From Selaginella moellendorffii (Eukaryota; Plantae; Lycopodiophyta): DNA of 64,000 bases. The notes beneath the pieces are model-generated. The model searched no databases. It was given only the letters and a program-made list of their open reading frames with translations, and was not told the origin of the DNA. The position numbers and the translations under genes are program-made. Position 1 is the first letter of the stretch, and every line of letters begins with the position of its first letter. The DNA lies in contig NW_003314278.1 of the NCBI RefSeq assembly GCF_000143415.4, forward strand, positions 450,371 through 514,370. The letters run 5' to 3'. Below, piece by piece: positions 1-12,456 of the stretch.

Positions 1-709
1 AAGTTCTGGAAAAAGACCTGTTGGAGCTCATGGCGATCACAGGTGATCCTTTCCTCGTCTTGACACGTCGAAGCGGTGGTCACGATAATGTACTGCGAAG
101 TGTTGGCATCGAGCCTTCTCCCGGAGTTTTCAGCTCGAAAGGTTTGCAAGCCACGAGCTGTGAGCGGACCGGGAACTGGTCGAAAAAAGACGAGGCACTG
201 GTTGAGTTGCGAGCAAGTATGAAAGGAAAGAAGAAGGAAAACGAGTACCGAAGCGAAGCGAAGTCAGTGTTTAGCTCACTCGGCTTGAAAGACGACAACT
301 TTTACGTTCGAGCCTTCCTCACCACGGCGTGCCCGCTCAAGGCATGAGTTTTATATCCTTTTTCTTTTCGATTCTTTTGAGAACTCTTTCTTTCCTGCAG
401 GCCTCCGCGGACGATTTTCTACTCGACTTGAGCTCCGCGATAGAAATAATGAAAACGGGACTCAGCATCAGGCCAAAGCAAGAAAAAGCCCGGTGTTTGC
501 TTCAAAACATGATCCTGTTCCAAGGCAAGCTCGAGTGCATGACAACGCTTCTAAATCCCAGGGACGCCAGACACGAGCTCCTCGACTTGGCTGCTCTGCA
601 AAAATCAGTCCAAGCACTGCGAGAGAAGCTTGAGAAAGGGAAGGAACTTCTGCGCGACCACGTCAAAAGGCTGCTAACCAATCGCTGGGACTTGCGAGAG
701 TGGCAATAA
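1..709 (+). CDS. Hypothetical spliced gene, 3' part (copy 1)
   Basis: Acceptor TTCCTGCAG at ~400 and terminal exon ASADDFLLDLSS...WDLREWQ*, conserved in copy 2. No recognisable domain. Confidence 0.45.
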
Positions 710-910
710 GCTTGATCTCATGTAGATAGTACCATAGAGCGAACTACGTAAAATAGAGAAAACGTTAACAGCAAACAACTATAAGCAACAGAAACCTTAG
801 CGATACTTGAAAAAAATATTAACTTAGCCACAGTTAAAATCACAACTTTTTACCTTTCGTTCTATTGATAATTACAGCACGATTCATTCCCAAGTGGTGT
901 GTTTGACTCC

Positions 911-2875
911 TTAGATGAATAATTCTCGTAAATATCTGATACACTCTGTTTTGGTCCCACTAGGATTTCGTAGCTGCCATATAAACATAGCTTCTTTCTG
1001 TAAAACAACCATTAGATAATATCTTGTGAATGGAAGGTTCAAAGAATTACCAGCTCACCCACTCTCGGACCACTAACAATGTGAAATTCGAGTTTGAGAT
1101 CGTCCCCCGTGAGCAAAGGTTTTAAATTTAACAATCCTGAAAAAAGTATTGAATATTGAAAACGAAAAAAACTACTACTTACCAGATAAGCTGATGCTTT
1201 TTAGAATAGCGTTAAACACGTCTTTCTGCTGGACGCTAGGGGCTGGCACGGAGAGAAATAAAGCAGCAGCTGACAAGCTGAAGTCCCTGTCTCTGAAGGC
1301 TAGGCCGGCCTCTACTCGAAAACTTTCGTTGAAAAAACAAGGTAATCCTCCAGAAAGTGTACATTTGCTCAACTCATACCAATCTTGCACGGAGGTATTT
1401 CCAATTACTTTGTACAGTGCTTTCACCTGGTACACGAGACAGTTCAAGAGAGGAAGGAAATGTATAGAACGTGTACCTTTTTAAGCATTGCCTTTAATCC
1501 TATTCTCTCGGCTATCGAGCCCAAAACTGTATCGTTTTCTTTCTTGAATGGATAGAGAATCCACAAGAACAAGACGCCTTTCACCTTCCTCCGTTGAGTA
1601 AGTTAAAGAGTCAACACCAAAGTGTTCAGTGTAAGTACCTCAGCAATGTTGACAGACTCTAGAGTCTCGCAAACGACTTGAAAGTCCTTCACACTAGCAA
1701 AGATTTAAATGAGTTCGAGAAACGAAAAGGGGACTGAACTGACTACCTTTGCGCACTCACTGGCCTCGTAAAAATCAGAGGCCAATAACCAAGCTTGTGC
1801 AGCAGGCACATCGCCCGAGCAGGATTCTTTCCGAAGAGCATGGCTTGAATCTGAAAAACGAATGTAAGAGGCACACGAAAAATAAAAACCAAGAGATCGT
1901 ATTCCACCTCCTGAGAAATGCGCTCCCTGGTGATCTTTGTTTCGAATGCAGCCTTCACAGAATCAGCAGATGCCACGCACTCCAGTTCCTCGTCCAGCTC
2001 AAAATTAAAGCGCGCCGCTGATCAGGAAAAAGAAAGGTAATTAGCTTCCAGATAGAATTCTAAGGTGAAGACAAGTAGTCACAGACCAAACCGAATGGAT
2101 CTCAGGACACGCAATGGATCATCTAGAAAAGTAACGAGCGGAGGCAACGGAGTCCTGATCTTTCCAAGCTTGAGGTCCTTTACACCTGGACAACACAGTT
2201 GTGGAAAGAATGGAAAGATGAAATATACACAAACCTCGACCAGTGAAGTCCTCAACCTTGTCAGCGGCAACGTTGTAGAAGAGGCTGTTGATCGTGAGAT
2301 CTCTCCGGTAAGCGTCTTCGGAAGGTGTTCCAAATTTCTAGCAAGAAGGAAAAGAGCGTAAGAACAAGAGGAAGTCGAGTGAAAATCAAAAGCGCCATAG
2401 TACCATTGATGTCGGGATCCTGGAATCTTTGGAGTACGTCTCGGATCGGAGATTAACAACATCAAGCTCTCCACCCAGGATCTCCAGCTTTGTCGTTTCT
2501 AAATGCTTGGATCGTTCTGGATTGCTACAACATGTAAATTCCAGTTAGAAAAATAACAAGCTCTAGACAACACAAACCTTTTGATAACTTTGTAAGAACA
2601 CGGAGGATCGGTCTTCCTCAAGCACGGGACCACACGATCACAGAACTGCTGCCCAGTCATATCATCCAGCGCAATATCCAAATCGTGGCTCTCGACGCCA
2701 AGGAGCTGCGCAAATTGAATTGAGCTAGAACGATTCAGAGCTAAATGATCTAAAACACCAGACCTTATCGCGCACCCATCCGCCCGCCACTCTCACCTCG
2801 GTCTTCAAGTCGCATTCACGGATGGAGAGCGTCGAGAATCTTCGCTTCCTCGCGCGTGAGCACGATCGTCGTCAT
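911..2875 (-). pseudogene. CCA-adding tRNA nucleotidyltransferase pseudogene (copy 1)
   Basis: Same exons as copy 2 but with frameshifting deletions: 8 nt (CGCCAGAC) at ~2823 and 5 nt (CAGCA) at ~1562. Confidence 0.85.
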
Positions 2876-3059
2876 GAGCTCTAGAACCCTAAAGGAAGAT
2901 TCTTTGAGATTTTAAACTCCCGCCAAAACTTTTTAGGGCTTTTGGCGTAGAAGCTAGAGTTTAATGCCATGAGATGTTCTCGTCACGCGCCTCAAATCCA
3001 TGGTGAGATGCGCGTCAGGGTTCTCATAGGTTAAACTCGTGATTTTCACAGGGCGATTT

Positions 3060-4696
3060 GGTGTGTGACCCATCCTGCGCGGGTAAGATTGCATGGTTTC
3101 GCGGACGATCAAAACGATTCCCATTTTCCATCAGGTCCTTCACTCGGCAACAGTATGAGCTCTGCCCTGCCACATTCGAAAACTTGCTCAAGCTTATTGG
3201 AAATGGTGAGCTATGTTTTTTTTCTTTGGCGAAGTTTCTATGTTACGAATGACGCTATTGCCGAGACTCTGCTGAAGTTCCTCTTGCACCTTGCACGCTT
3301 GCTCTGTGGTTTCATCACGGCCTTACATCAGTGGTTTCGACGTGCTCGCTGACTTTTGCGACAGGCTTTCAGCGCGCGGTTTTTGCAGCAAGGTACTTAT
3401 CAAAGGGCTTTGTTATCATTACATAAATCTCGGATTTTGGAGCCGCTTTGGAAAGCAGACAACCTCTCTCTCATGGTAATCTAGATCTGGTATGAGCCGT
3501 TTTGACACCCTTGTTGCAGGTTCGTTGTCCTCCTTCCGTGGAAAAGCTGGCGAAGTTACGGAGGCTGAAGATGCAGCTCATTGAAACAGGTGATAGATCT
3601 TGTTGCATATTTCGGGACTGACTATTGCTCAGCAACGGCGAAAGCAACAACCTTTCCAGGCCTGCCAACCGAGTGTCAACTACTTGTTGTATGTGGTTTG
3701 GCCTTTCAAGGTAACAAAACGGTGCTTCCTTTTGTAAACTAGGTGTTCTTTTTCTGGCAGTGGACTTGGATTCCCATAGGCTGGACAAGTCAATGAGGTG
3801 CTTAGATGTTTTGGTCCTGGCCAAGAACTTCATCGATATTTACTTGACTCTCAAGCTCTCCTGGTGCTTGGGATACCTCGAGAGGGGTCTCCATCTCATA
3901 CAAGAGGCTTTTCAACGATGTGAGATCCGGAGCTTAGCCACCGTGAGCAACGAACTTCTCTACGTTAGCTGACGATTTTACGTTTTATAACATTCTAATA
4001 TGCTTTTCTTTCTTGTAGAGCATTCTGGAGGTTCTGGAGCTGGAAGGACGAGCGTCCGTGTGAGTTGGGCAGCTCGATAGAGAGTTTAATTCCGAAGGTA
4101 AGGTATCTGCAGGGAGCGTGAGTGACAAATATTTACAACCTCGTCAATAGGTGCTGAAAACACTCTCGTTCAGCGACGTGATAAGTCTCTTCCGATGGCT
4201 TCTTCCCCTCAAGGAAACGTCTGGGCAGGTATGTAAAGAAGTCTTACGAGTCTTCTTCGTGTTTACGACTGTCCCTTGCTCGCAGCTTCGTCTTCTCCTG
4301 ATGCTGCTCCGGACGCTTACCCGAGAAAAATGGCCTAGCGCGAGCGGTGACTGGAGTTCCGCTCTCTTTTGGGATGGAGCGATACGCTTCTATCGAACTG
4401 ACGTTGACAAAGCGACCAAGGCATATGCTCATCAGAAGCTTCCGCGAGCAGACGATTATTGTTCACTAACTTCGTTGTCCAGGTAGAAATCGCCGTGAAT
4501 GTGTACCTCGGGGTGGTTTGGATGGAAGGCAAGGGCAAGACTAGTTACACAGGTCTGCTTGCGCGTCCTGACAGGGAAGTGGAGGCTTAAGCCTCTTCGT
4601 GAGCAGGGCAAAACCGTTCGTCTCAGCGAGCCACTGTGGAAGCATGAGGTTGATATGGCGCGTTCCATTATCGAGTGCGCTCTTCGTGTCAATTAG
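3060..4696 (+). pseudogene. Hypothetical multi-exon gene, disrupted (copy 1)
   Basis: Exon-like ORFs with GT-AG boundaries, conserved with 14570-16200; indels and stops differ between copies. No domain recognised. Confidence 0.3.
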
Positions 4697-4803
4697 GAAC
4701 CGGAGAGAAACTCTCTCAGGTTTTGAATACAATGGAATATACGAGAATAGTTAAAGTGAGAATATACCTCCTGCACGACTAAGTTTCTGTAATTTTATAC
4801 TAG

Positions 4804-5412
4804 GGCAAGCATGGAAGAACCTCCAAAGGTTGTATTGACAGAGGTTGAGGAGTTTTGCTCGGGTCTACAGCCGAATCACGAAGGTAAGTATGTGATTTGA
4901 TTCCAATTTTCACCGTTCTTATATTTGATATCTACCAGCTACTACTAGAGATGAAGAAACCTACAGGATGGATTTCAAATCTTTGCTGCCAACAAAAGAG
5001 GATCATGTAGGGAAAGGATTGGCTAGCGCTCTTCAATGTTTTCGAGAGAATGGGAGCTTGAAGGAATCTAGAGGCGAATGGATTGGAAGAAGCAGGGACA
5101 AAAGGACACCAGAAAATGGTAAATTCGAATTCAACTTGGACCACCGCGATGAGCATGGCCAAACTGTAAGTTTTTGTTCTATTTACTTTCTGAATTTACT
5201 TATGTTTGATGCAGCTGACCCCCAAGGAAGCCTTCCGGCAGTTCTCGCATAAGTTCCACCATGTAAAACCGGGGAAAAGGAAGCAAGAGAAGAAGCTAAA
5301 GAAGCAAGAACAGGAGCTAAAGAAGAGGAAGAAAGAAGAACACCCTCTGGAGTTTATGGAGAGATTGAGAGGCATTCAAGTCAAGTCAGGAACAGCTTAC
5401 ATTAGAACTTGA
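4804..5412 (+). CDS. SART-1/Snu66 (U4/U6.U5 tri-snRNP protein)-like C-terminal fragment, copy 1
   Basis: Exons VGKGLASALQCFRENGSL...DEHGQT / LTPKEAFRQFSHKFHHVKPGKRKQEKKLKK...AYIRT* match the SART-1 C-terminal signature. The N-terminal bulk is absent. Confidence 0.75.
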
Positions 5413-6037
5413 CAAGGAGTTAACTTGTCAGCTAAATGATTTCTAATAACGTTGTATGAGTGCAATTCTATTTGCACCAAGGGCTTTCATACACACGGCC
5501 GCAGTAGTGCTATGGTAAAACACCGCAATCCTTCTTCCACAAGCCATTTGGAAGAGGCCAAGAATTTCTTTGACTTGATAAAAGACACGCTCCATCTGGA
5601 CGATGCAAAACGCAACTTCGGCTGTACATCTAGTTTCAGTTGCGTATGGAAGAGACAGACAACGGCATCTGGAATTACTGGCAAAGTTCGAATGCTTCTA
5701 GATGGAGTATGCAGAAAAAAGAATTGTGCACGGTTCAAAGAAGAATTCGTCGAGATAGCCCAACTCTGTGGACCGAGATCTTCCAATGGCTTTGACGGAC
5801 CCCAAATTTTCATGCTTGCCCTTTGAAGGGACCACTGCTATTGAAATTAGACACGAGAGGAATGCGAGTCACCCACGGCCCGTCCAATCTATGAAAACAG
5901 CCGTGTGGAGGTAAAAAACACATAGCTAGCAATATAAAAATCTTTAGGCTCATGGGGATATTAAATTTTTCTTCAACGCTTCCCTGGATCCACAAACTCC
6001 AGCAGTGCTGGAAGAGCTTATATTCTAAGTTTCTGCA

Positions 6038-9000
6038 ATGTCAAAGGTTCTGCTCATCAGCTTTCAACGCATTGGCAGTGGAAGCCTCCAGTTATTTGGA
6101 GGCACTAATCTCAAGAGCAACGCACAGCCGAATCGGTTTCGGAAAGGTAAGTTCATCAAACTAGCTTCGCGCTAAAACTGGCCTGCTATATTACTTATGC
6201 AGTTAGCTCCTGTGCTTCAAAGCCAGCTGAGGCTCTAGTAAGTCGAAGCACCATCTTTACAAGATTGACTAGAATGCTTTATTTCGTTTAAGTGGACCTT
6301 ATTCAGTAAAGTGGGACATTAATTAGCATGTGTCCACATGCCATTTCCTAGTACTTAATTAATATTTATTAATATTTCTATCAGTTTTTTAATTTATTTT
6401 TTATATTTCACAATATTATAACACAAAATCATATGAAAAGTTTTTAATTTATAAATTATAAAGCTAAAACTTCAATTTTTTATTGTTGTTATAAAAATGG
6501 CATGTGGCCACACACCATAAGTGGGATAATGAAAAATTCCACTTTAACGAAATAAAGCATTAGAGCTGATTTGTTGACAGGAGAAGCGGGAAAAGGAGAA
6601 GCAGCAGCCATATCAAGGCATTCTCCACGTCCAGGCTGGCGATCGAATCGAGGAGCTTGATCACAGAGAAACGTCTCTGCTCGTCAAGGAAGTGAAGGGA
6701 TGGCTGATGAAACTCGCGAGTGGCAAGGGGAAAATCAGTCCTTCGACTTACGACACCGCCTGGGTCGCCCGAATCCCGTCCGACTCCGACTCCTCTCTTC
6801 CCGAGTTCCCGGAGGCCCTGGAGTGGATCATCAACAGTCAACTTCCGGATGGATCATGGGATGATGATTGTCACTTGCAACTCTATGACAGAGTGTTATC
6901 CACGCTCTCTTGCCTGATCACGCTCAAGCTCTGGGACATCGGGCACAACAGCATTGCGCAAGGCATGGCTCTTTTCTGATCTTCTGGTGATATCCTGGAC
7001 TGTTTTCGCCTCTGATTCTTCGCAGGCACGAAGTTTTTGCGTGAGAACATGATCAAGCTCAACCATGACGATGGAGATTTCTTGTCAGGTTTCGAGGTGA
7101 CGTTTCCAATGATGCTCCACGAAGCAAAGCGGGTGGGCCTTAAGCTTCCGTATGACACAGAGTTCACGAGGTTGCTTGAGATCTCCACCACGGAGAAATT
7201 GGCAAAGTGTAATATTTGGTTTGAAAACGTTTGGTGTTCGTCCAGGATTCCTTTGGATAGACTCCATTCCACTCCCACCACGTTGCTATACTCCTTGGAG
7301 GGCCTTCAAGGTCTTGAGATTGACTGGCAAAAGATCCTCAAGCTTCAGTCCAAAGATGGATCCCTTTTTAGCTCGCCCTCGTCAACCGCATGTGTTTACT
7401 TGAAGACCAAGGACAAAAAATCGTTGCAATACTTGCAAAAAGCTATGAAACATCAAAACTATGCTGGTAAACCGGCTGTCTTCTTCAATCCTTTGTAGTA
7501 ATTGACTATGCTGTGCAGTTTCTTGTCATTACCCTATTGATCTCTTCGAAAGTTTACGGGTGGTCGACACCATTGAGCGCTTGGGCATTGATCTCTTCTT
7601 CAGAGATGAGATCAAAGCCGTCCTTGACAACCTGTACAGGTACAATGCCGCTATACTTTTAGTACTTACTTTGGGTTTGCACCAGCTTCTGGACAAACGA
7701 AGGAATTGGATGGGGATCTACGTGCATAGTCAATGACATCGAGGACACAGCAATGGCCTTCCGTATCCTTCGGATGCATGGGTATAGTGTATCTCCAGGT
7801 ACAAAAACGTTTTGTGATGGAAGAATCTAAATCTCGGAACTACGCACAGATGCATTCAACCAGTTCTGGCTGCCAGGAGACAAGTTTTGTTGCTTTGTTG
7901 GTGAATTGTCCCATGAGGTCTCTGCAATGCTCAACTTGTATCGGGCTTCCCAGGTTGATTTTCCGAATGAGGAGACTCTTACAAAGACTTTCAAGTACTC
8001 CCACGATTATTTACTTAATGTTGAAAGCTCTCACACATCGGCAACCAAGAAAAACCTCATGGGAGAGGTAATGAGATCTAGATAGCTTGAAAATCCAGAT
8101 GTATCTATTATCTCTACAGGTCACAGTGGAGCTAGCAAATCCATTTCATGACTGCTTGCCGAGGATTTACAATAATGCATATATCAAACACTATAGCATT
8201 GATGATCCTTGGGTTGCTAAGACTATTTATCGGTAAGTGACATTCATATTAACCTTTATAACTTCCCTCTCTTACATCTCTTTTGTTAAAAGATTGCCCC
8301 TTGTGAATAAGAAAGTGCTTCTAGAACTTGCAAATCGGTATGCTCAACAATGTCAATCCTATCAACCTTCTGAGCTGAAAATATTGGTGAAGTAAGGAAA
8401 AAATAATTTTATTAAACAAAAAATAATTTATTGGTGTGTTTTTATTTAGATGGTGGCATTCATCACACTTTGAAGATATCCCTTCTACAAGATTTAAAGC
8501 TAATATTAATATGCTCCCCTATATTTACTATGTTATTTGTGCAACTTTCCATGAGCAAGAATTTGGCCCATTGAGAACTTTTTTTACGAAAACTTGCTGC
8601 ATGACTACTTTATTTGATGATTTTTTGGATAGCGCAAAAAGCATTAGAGAACTTGATAGTCTCCAAAATATGATTGAAAGGTTATATACATCAATTTTAA
8701 AAGTTAAAATAACACTTTCTTTTTTTGTTTCCATCCAGCTGGGATACATCTTTTTTATCACAAAAAGAATATAAAATTATCTTTCAAGAATTTTATAATA
8801 CCATTCTTGTTATGACTAAAATAGCTTCTAAAATAAATGAAAATCTATCTCTGGAATTCATCCACAAATACCTTTTAGCAATTGTAAGTATTTTCTATTC
8901 ATTTTTTCTATGGCTTAATAGGGTTGTTCACATTAATATTTACAGTATACTAAGCTTATAAAATCTGGGATTATTGAAGCTCGCTGGAAAATTCAAGGAT

Positions 9001-9531
9001 ATATTCCAGGTTTTGAGGAGTATATGGAAAATGCTAAAGTTAGCATCGCCATTGCAACTCACGTACTTATGGGCATATTATTTTGTGGTGACCCTTTAAC
9101 AGAAGAGTTATTAAACATCATTTATGATAGCAAGCTTCTTAAACTTGGTAGTATCATCTCTAGGATTTGCAATGACATCCAAACATATAAGGTTCCTTCT
9201 CTTCCTATATTTGACTTTTATTATTTTTAATCTCTTTCTTTATTTTTAGATTGAGATGAAACTAGGGGAATCAGCACAAGGAGTTTCATGTTATATGAAA
9301 GACCACCCAGGTGCAACTGAAGAAGATGCAGTAGCATACTTACAAAGTTTGCTTGAGAAAACCAAAAAGCAACTCAACGAAATCTATTTCACTGAGAAAG
9401 ATTTACCCAAAAATATCAAAAGGTTTAGCTTTGATATGATGATGTTCACCTACAATAAAGCAAAGCAGGATCTCTTTAAAAACCCAAATAAAGAGCTTCA
9501 AAGCATGATTGAATTTTGTTTGGAAACTTAA
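6038..9531 (+). CDS. Plastid gamma-beta-alpha diterpene synthase, miltiradiene-synthase-like (copy 1)
   Basis: Transit-peptide-like [16 protein letters not shown]..., [40 protein letters not shown] (class II site altered), [17 protein letters not shown]; many short introns. Confidence 0.93.
6273..6561. mobile_element. MITE (~289 bp) in intron 2 of TPS copy 1
   Basis: 24-bp TIRs (AATGCTTTATTTCGTTTAAGTGGA / TCCACTTTAACGAAATAAAGCATT), AT-rich core, flanked by (T)AG on both sides; absent from copy 2 at ~17898. Confidence 0.9.
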
Positions 9532-9920
9532 TATAACATATATATAATGTTTTTATAATGCATTTTAGCCACTAGATCATCTTGGGTTTCCTCAAACAAA
9601 ACACTAATGGTTAAGAAAACATTTAAAGGAAAAACAAAAGGGTAAAGGAGAAAAACGCTACAAGAGAATACCTTCTGCATTGAAGGCTCAACTAAATACA
9701 CCATTATAACAAGTCCTACGGCTTTTGCACTGTGCATCGGCTAGTAAAATCTTGGATTTGCCACAAGAAACCCCTACCACGGGCAAATCTGTCAGCATTT
9801 CCATCTGCGTTCAAATATTTAATTATTATTAAGAGAATTAAAATAATAAGCATATACCAGTATATACTAGAAACTAGGAATAAAGTGGTATATTCTCTAG
9901 TTTTCAAATCACTATCTAGA

Positions 9921-11282
9921 GAGGACCACACATTCCTTGCTTCGACAACACTATGCATTTTGAGAGCGTTTGATGTCCAGCAGCACAGAGAGGACGAGGA
10001 TTGACCGCTTTTGCACCTGGTACTGAGATCTTGTCTTCTCTGGGTGTTAGGATACCCTAAGCCAACTAACTAAAGGACTTGATTGTGGATGATTGTCTGT
10101 GATTATAGTTAGGCCACCCTCCAGTCACCATGGTCCTTCTTTTAGAGTTTATCAAACCTTGGTTCTCCTTCTATATCCATCATGTTGAATATTCTTTTAG
10201 AATATTCTTGCCCCACTCGTCAGCCCCAATGTAGCAGTCAAATAGAGACTGCCTCCATTCATAGACACCGGCCAAGAAACCAGAGAAACCAAGAGAACCA
10301 CTAGAACACATTACAGAACACCCCGTGCACTCACATCTAGTACCCATCACTTCTCTCCTCCTATCCTCCCTCTCAAACCAAGAACCCTCACTCGCCCACT
10401 TGCCATGTCAGCACTCGGCTAGAGCTCAACCAAACACTGTTATCACTAACGTCACCTTAGCCCATTACACTGATACCAATGTTAGGATTCTATCCCTTAC
10501 ACCTTAACTTAACTGATGATCACTTGATTGTAAAGCTTTTTCTTTATCCTATTATCCTGGCGTGGTGCCTAACACTGGGTGTTGCTGCTCGTTCTCCTTG
10601 CCGCAATCTCGGCTGGAGGAATTGCACTTCTCTTCCGTGGCATTGGATTCCACACCGCTGGATCGGCCTGGGATGGAGCAGCAATGGTGCTGGGGTTTCA
10701 CTTCCAGGCGCCCCCAAACAGCAGCATCAGGATGATCAGTCCAAACGCCCCGGTGTTCTGCCGCGGATTCTACCATCTCTTCTACCGATTCACCACTCCA
10801 TCGTCGTCCAAGAGCAAGAACCAGAGCTCCTGGGGCCACGCCATCGCCAAGGACCTCCTCCACTGGCCACGGCGCTGGATCCCAGGCCAGAGAGGTACGA
10901 CGAGCAAGGAATTCTTGGCGGATCCATGACGCTTCTCGTCCAGGGCCCCGTAATCCTCTACACTGGAATCTCCAGCGATGGCGCCACCACACAGAATGCC
11001 GCTGTCCCGGTCGATCCAGGCGACGCCATGCTCAAGCACTGGAAGAAGATCGCCCAAAACCCCCTCATTCCAGCAGGAGGAGGGATGGCGATGAGAGATC
11101 CAAGCAGCGCGTGGAGGGATTCTTCTTGGCGGATCCTTCTTGGCGGCGAGAATGCCAGCAATGGCGTTGGATTCGTCTACTGGAGCAACGATTTCCTGGA
11201 CGGGGAGTGGAAGAGGCTGGAGACACCACTGCTGCGAATGGCAGGAGCTGGGATTTTGGAATCTCCAGATTTCTTCCAGGTT
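9921..11282 (+). pseudogene. GH32 invertase-like pseudogene (copy 1)
   Basis: Lost start codon, 530-bp insertion, frameshift at ~10867, truncated at the duplication junction. Confidence 0.9.
10045..10574 (-). mobile_element. Small LTR-derived (TRIM-like) insertion
   Basis: TGTTAGG...CCTAACA termini, 5-bp TSD CTGGG, iMet PBS-like (C)TGATACCA at ~10470-10478 next to a 95-bp terminal unit (10480-10574); absent from copy 2. Confidence 0.75.
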
Positions 11283-12255
11283 CCATGGGCAGGATTTGCA
11301 TCTCGTTGCTTTTAGCAAGGCCAGACTTTTTCGTGGAGTGGCTGCGCAGGAGCAGCGAGCTCGTTCTTGAGCTGGTGAAAGTGCTCCTCACACTCATGGT
11401 GGCGGGTATCAGAGGTAAACTTTTGGAGTGCTTACAGTCTCCCGTTTTGGACGTGCTGCCTTGGGAGATCAAGCAGAAGTTTGATCTACGTCCGAAGTTC
11501 TGGAAAAAGACCTGTTGGAGCTCATGGCGATCACAGGTGATCCTTTCCTCGTCTTGACGCGTCGAAGCGGTGGTCACGATAATGTACCGCGAAGTGTTGG
11601 CATCGAGCCTTCTGCCGGAGTTTTCAGCTCGAAGGGTTTGCAAGCCACGAGCTGTGAGCGGACAGGGAACTGGTCGAAAAAAGAGGAGGCACTGGTTGAG
11701 TTGCGAGCAAGTATGAAAGGAAAGAAGAAGGAAAACGAGTACCGAGGCGAGGCGAAGTCAGTGTTTAGCTCACTCGGCTTGAAAGACGGCAACTCTTACG
11801 TTCGAGCTTTCCTCACCACGGCGTGCCCGCTGTTTTATATCCTTTTTCTTTCCATTCTTTTGGCAACTCTTTCTTTCCTGCAGGCCTCCGCGGACGATTT
11901 TCTAGTCGACTTGAGCTCCGCGATAGAAATAATGAAAATGGGACTCGGTATCAGGCCAAAGCAAGAAAAAGCCCGGTGTTTGCTTCAAAACATGATCCTG
12001 TTCCAAGACAAGCTCGAGTGCATGACAGCGCTTCTAAATCCCAGGTGTGTACATTTAAAGTTCGAAAAGCAAATTAGGTGCTTACTCCTGGCTGGATGCT
12101 CGCACAGGGACGCCAGACACGAGCTCCTCGACTTGGCTGTTCTGCAAAAATCAGTCCAAGCACTGCGAGAGGAGCTCGAGAAAGGGAAGGAACTTCTGGG
12201 CGACCACGTCAAAAGGCTGCTAAGCAATCGCTGGGACTTGCGAGAGTGGCAATAA
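11283..12255 (+). CDS. Hypothetical spliced gene, 5'-truncated by the duplication junction (copy 2)
   Basis: Paralogue of 1-709; retains a 63-nt GT-AG intron at 12045-12107. Confidence 0.4.
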
Positions 12256-12456
12256 GCTTGATCTCATGTAGATAGTACCATAGAGCGAACTCCGTAAAAT
12301 AGAGAAAACGTTAATAGCAAACAACTATAAGCAACAGAAACCTTAGCGATACTTGAAAAAAATATTAACTTAGCCACAGTTAAAATCACAACTTTTTACC
12401 TTTCGTTCTATTGATAATTACAGCACGATTCATTCCCAAGTTGTGTGTTTGACTCC

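Larger units (their letters stand above)
1..11282. repeat. Tandem segmental duplication, copy 1 (starts before the window; more decayed copy)
   Basis: Position 1 onward aligns with 11495 onward, with the same gene order. Copy 1 ends inside the invertase at ...TTCTTCCAGGTT (11282), matching 22310. Confidence 0.95.
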
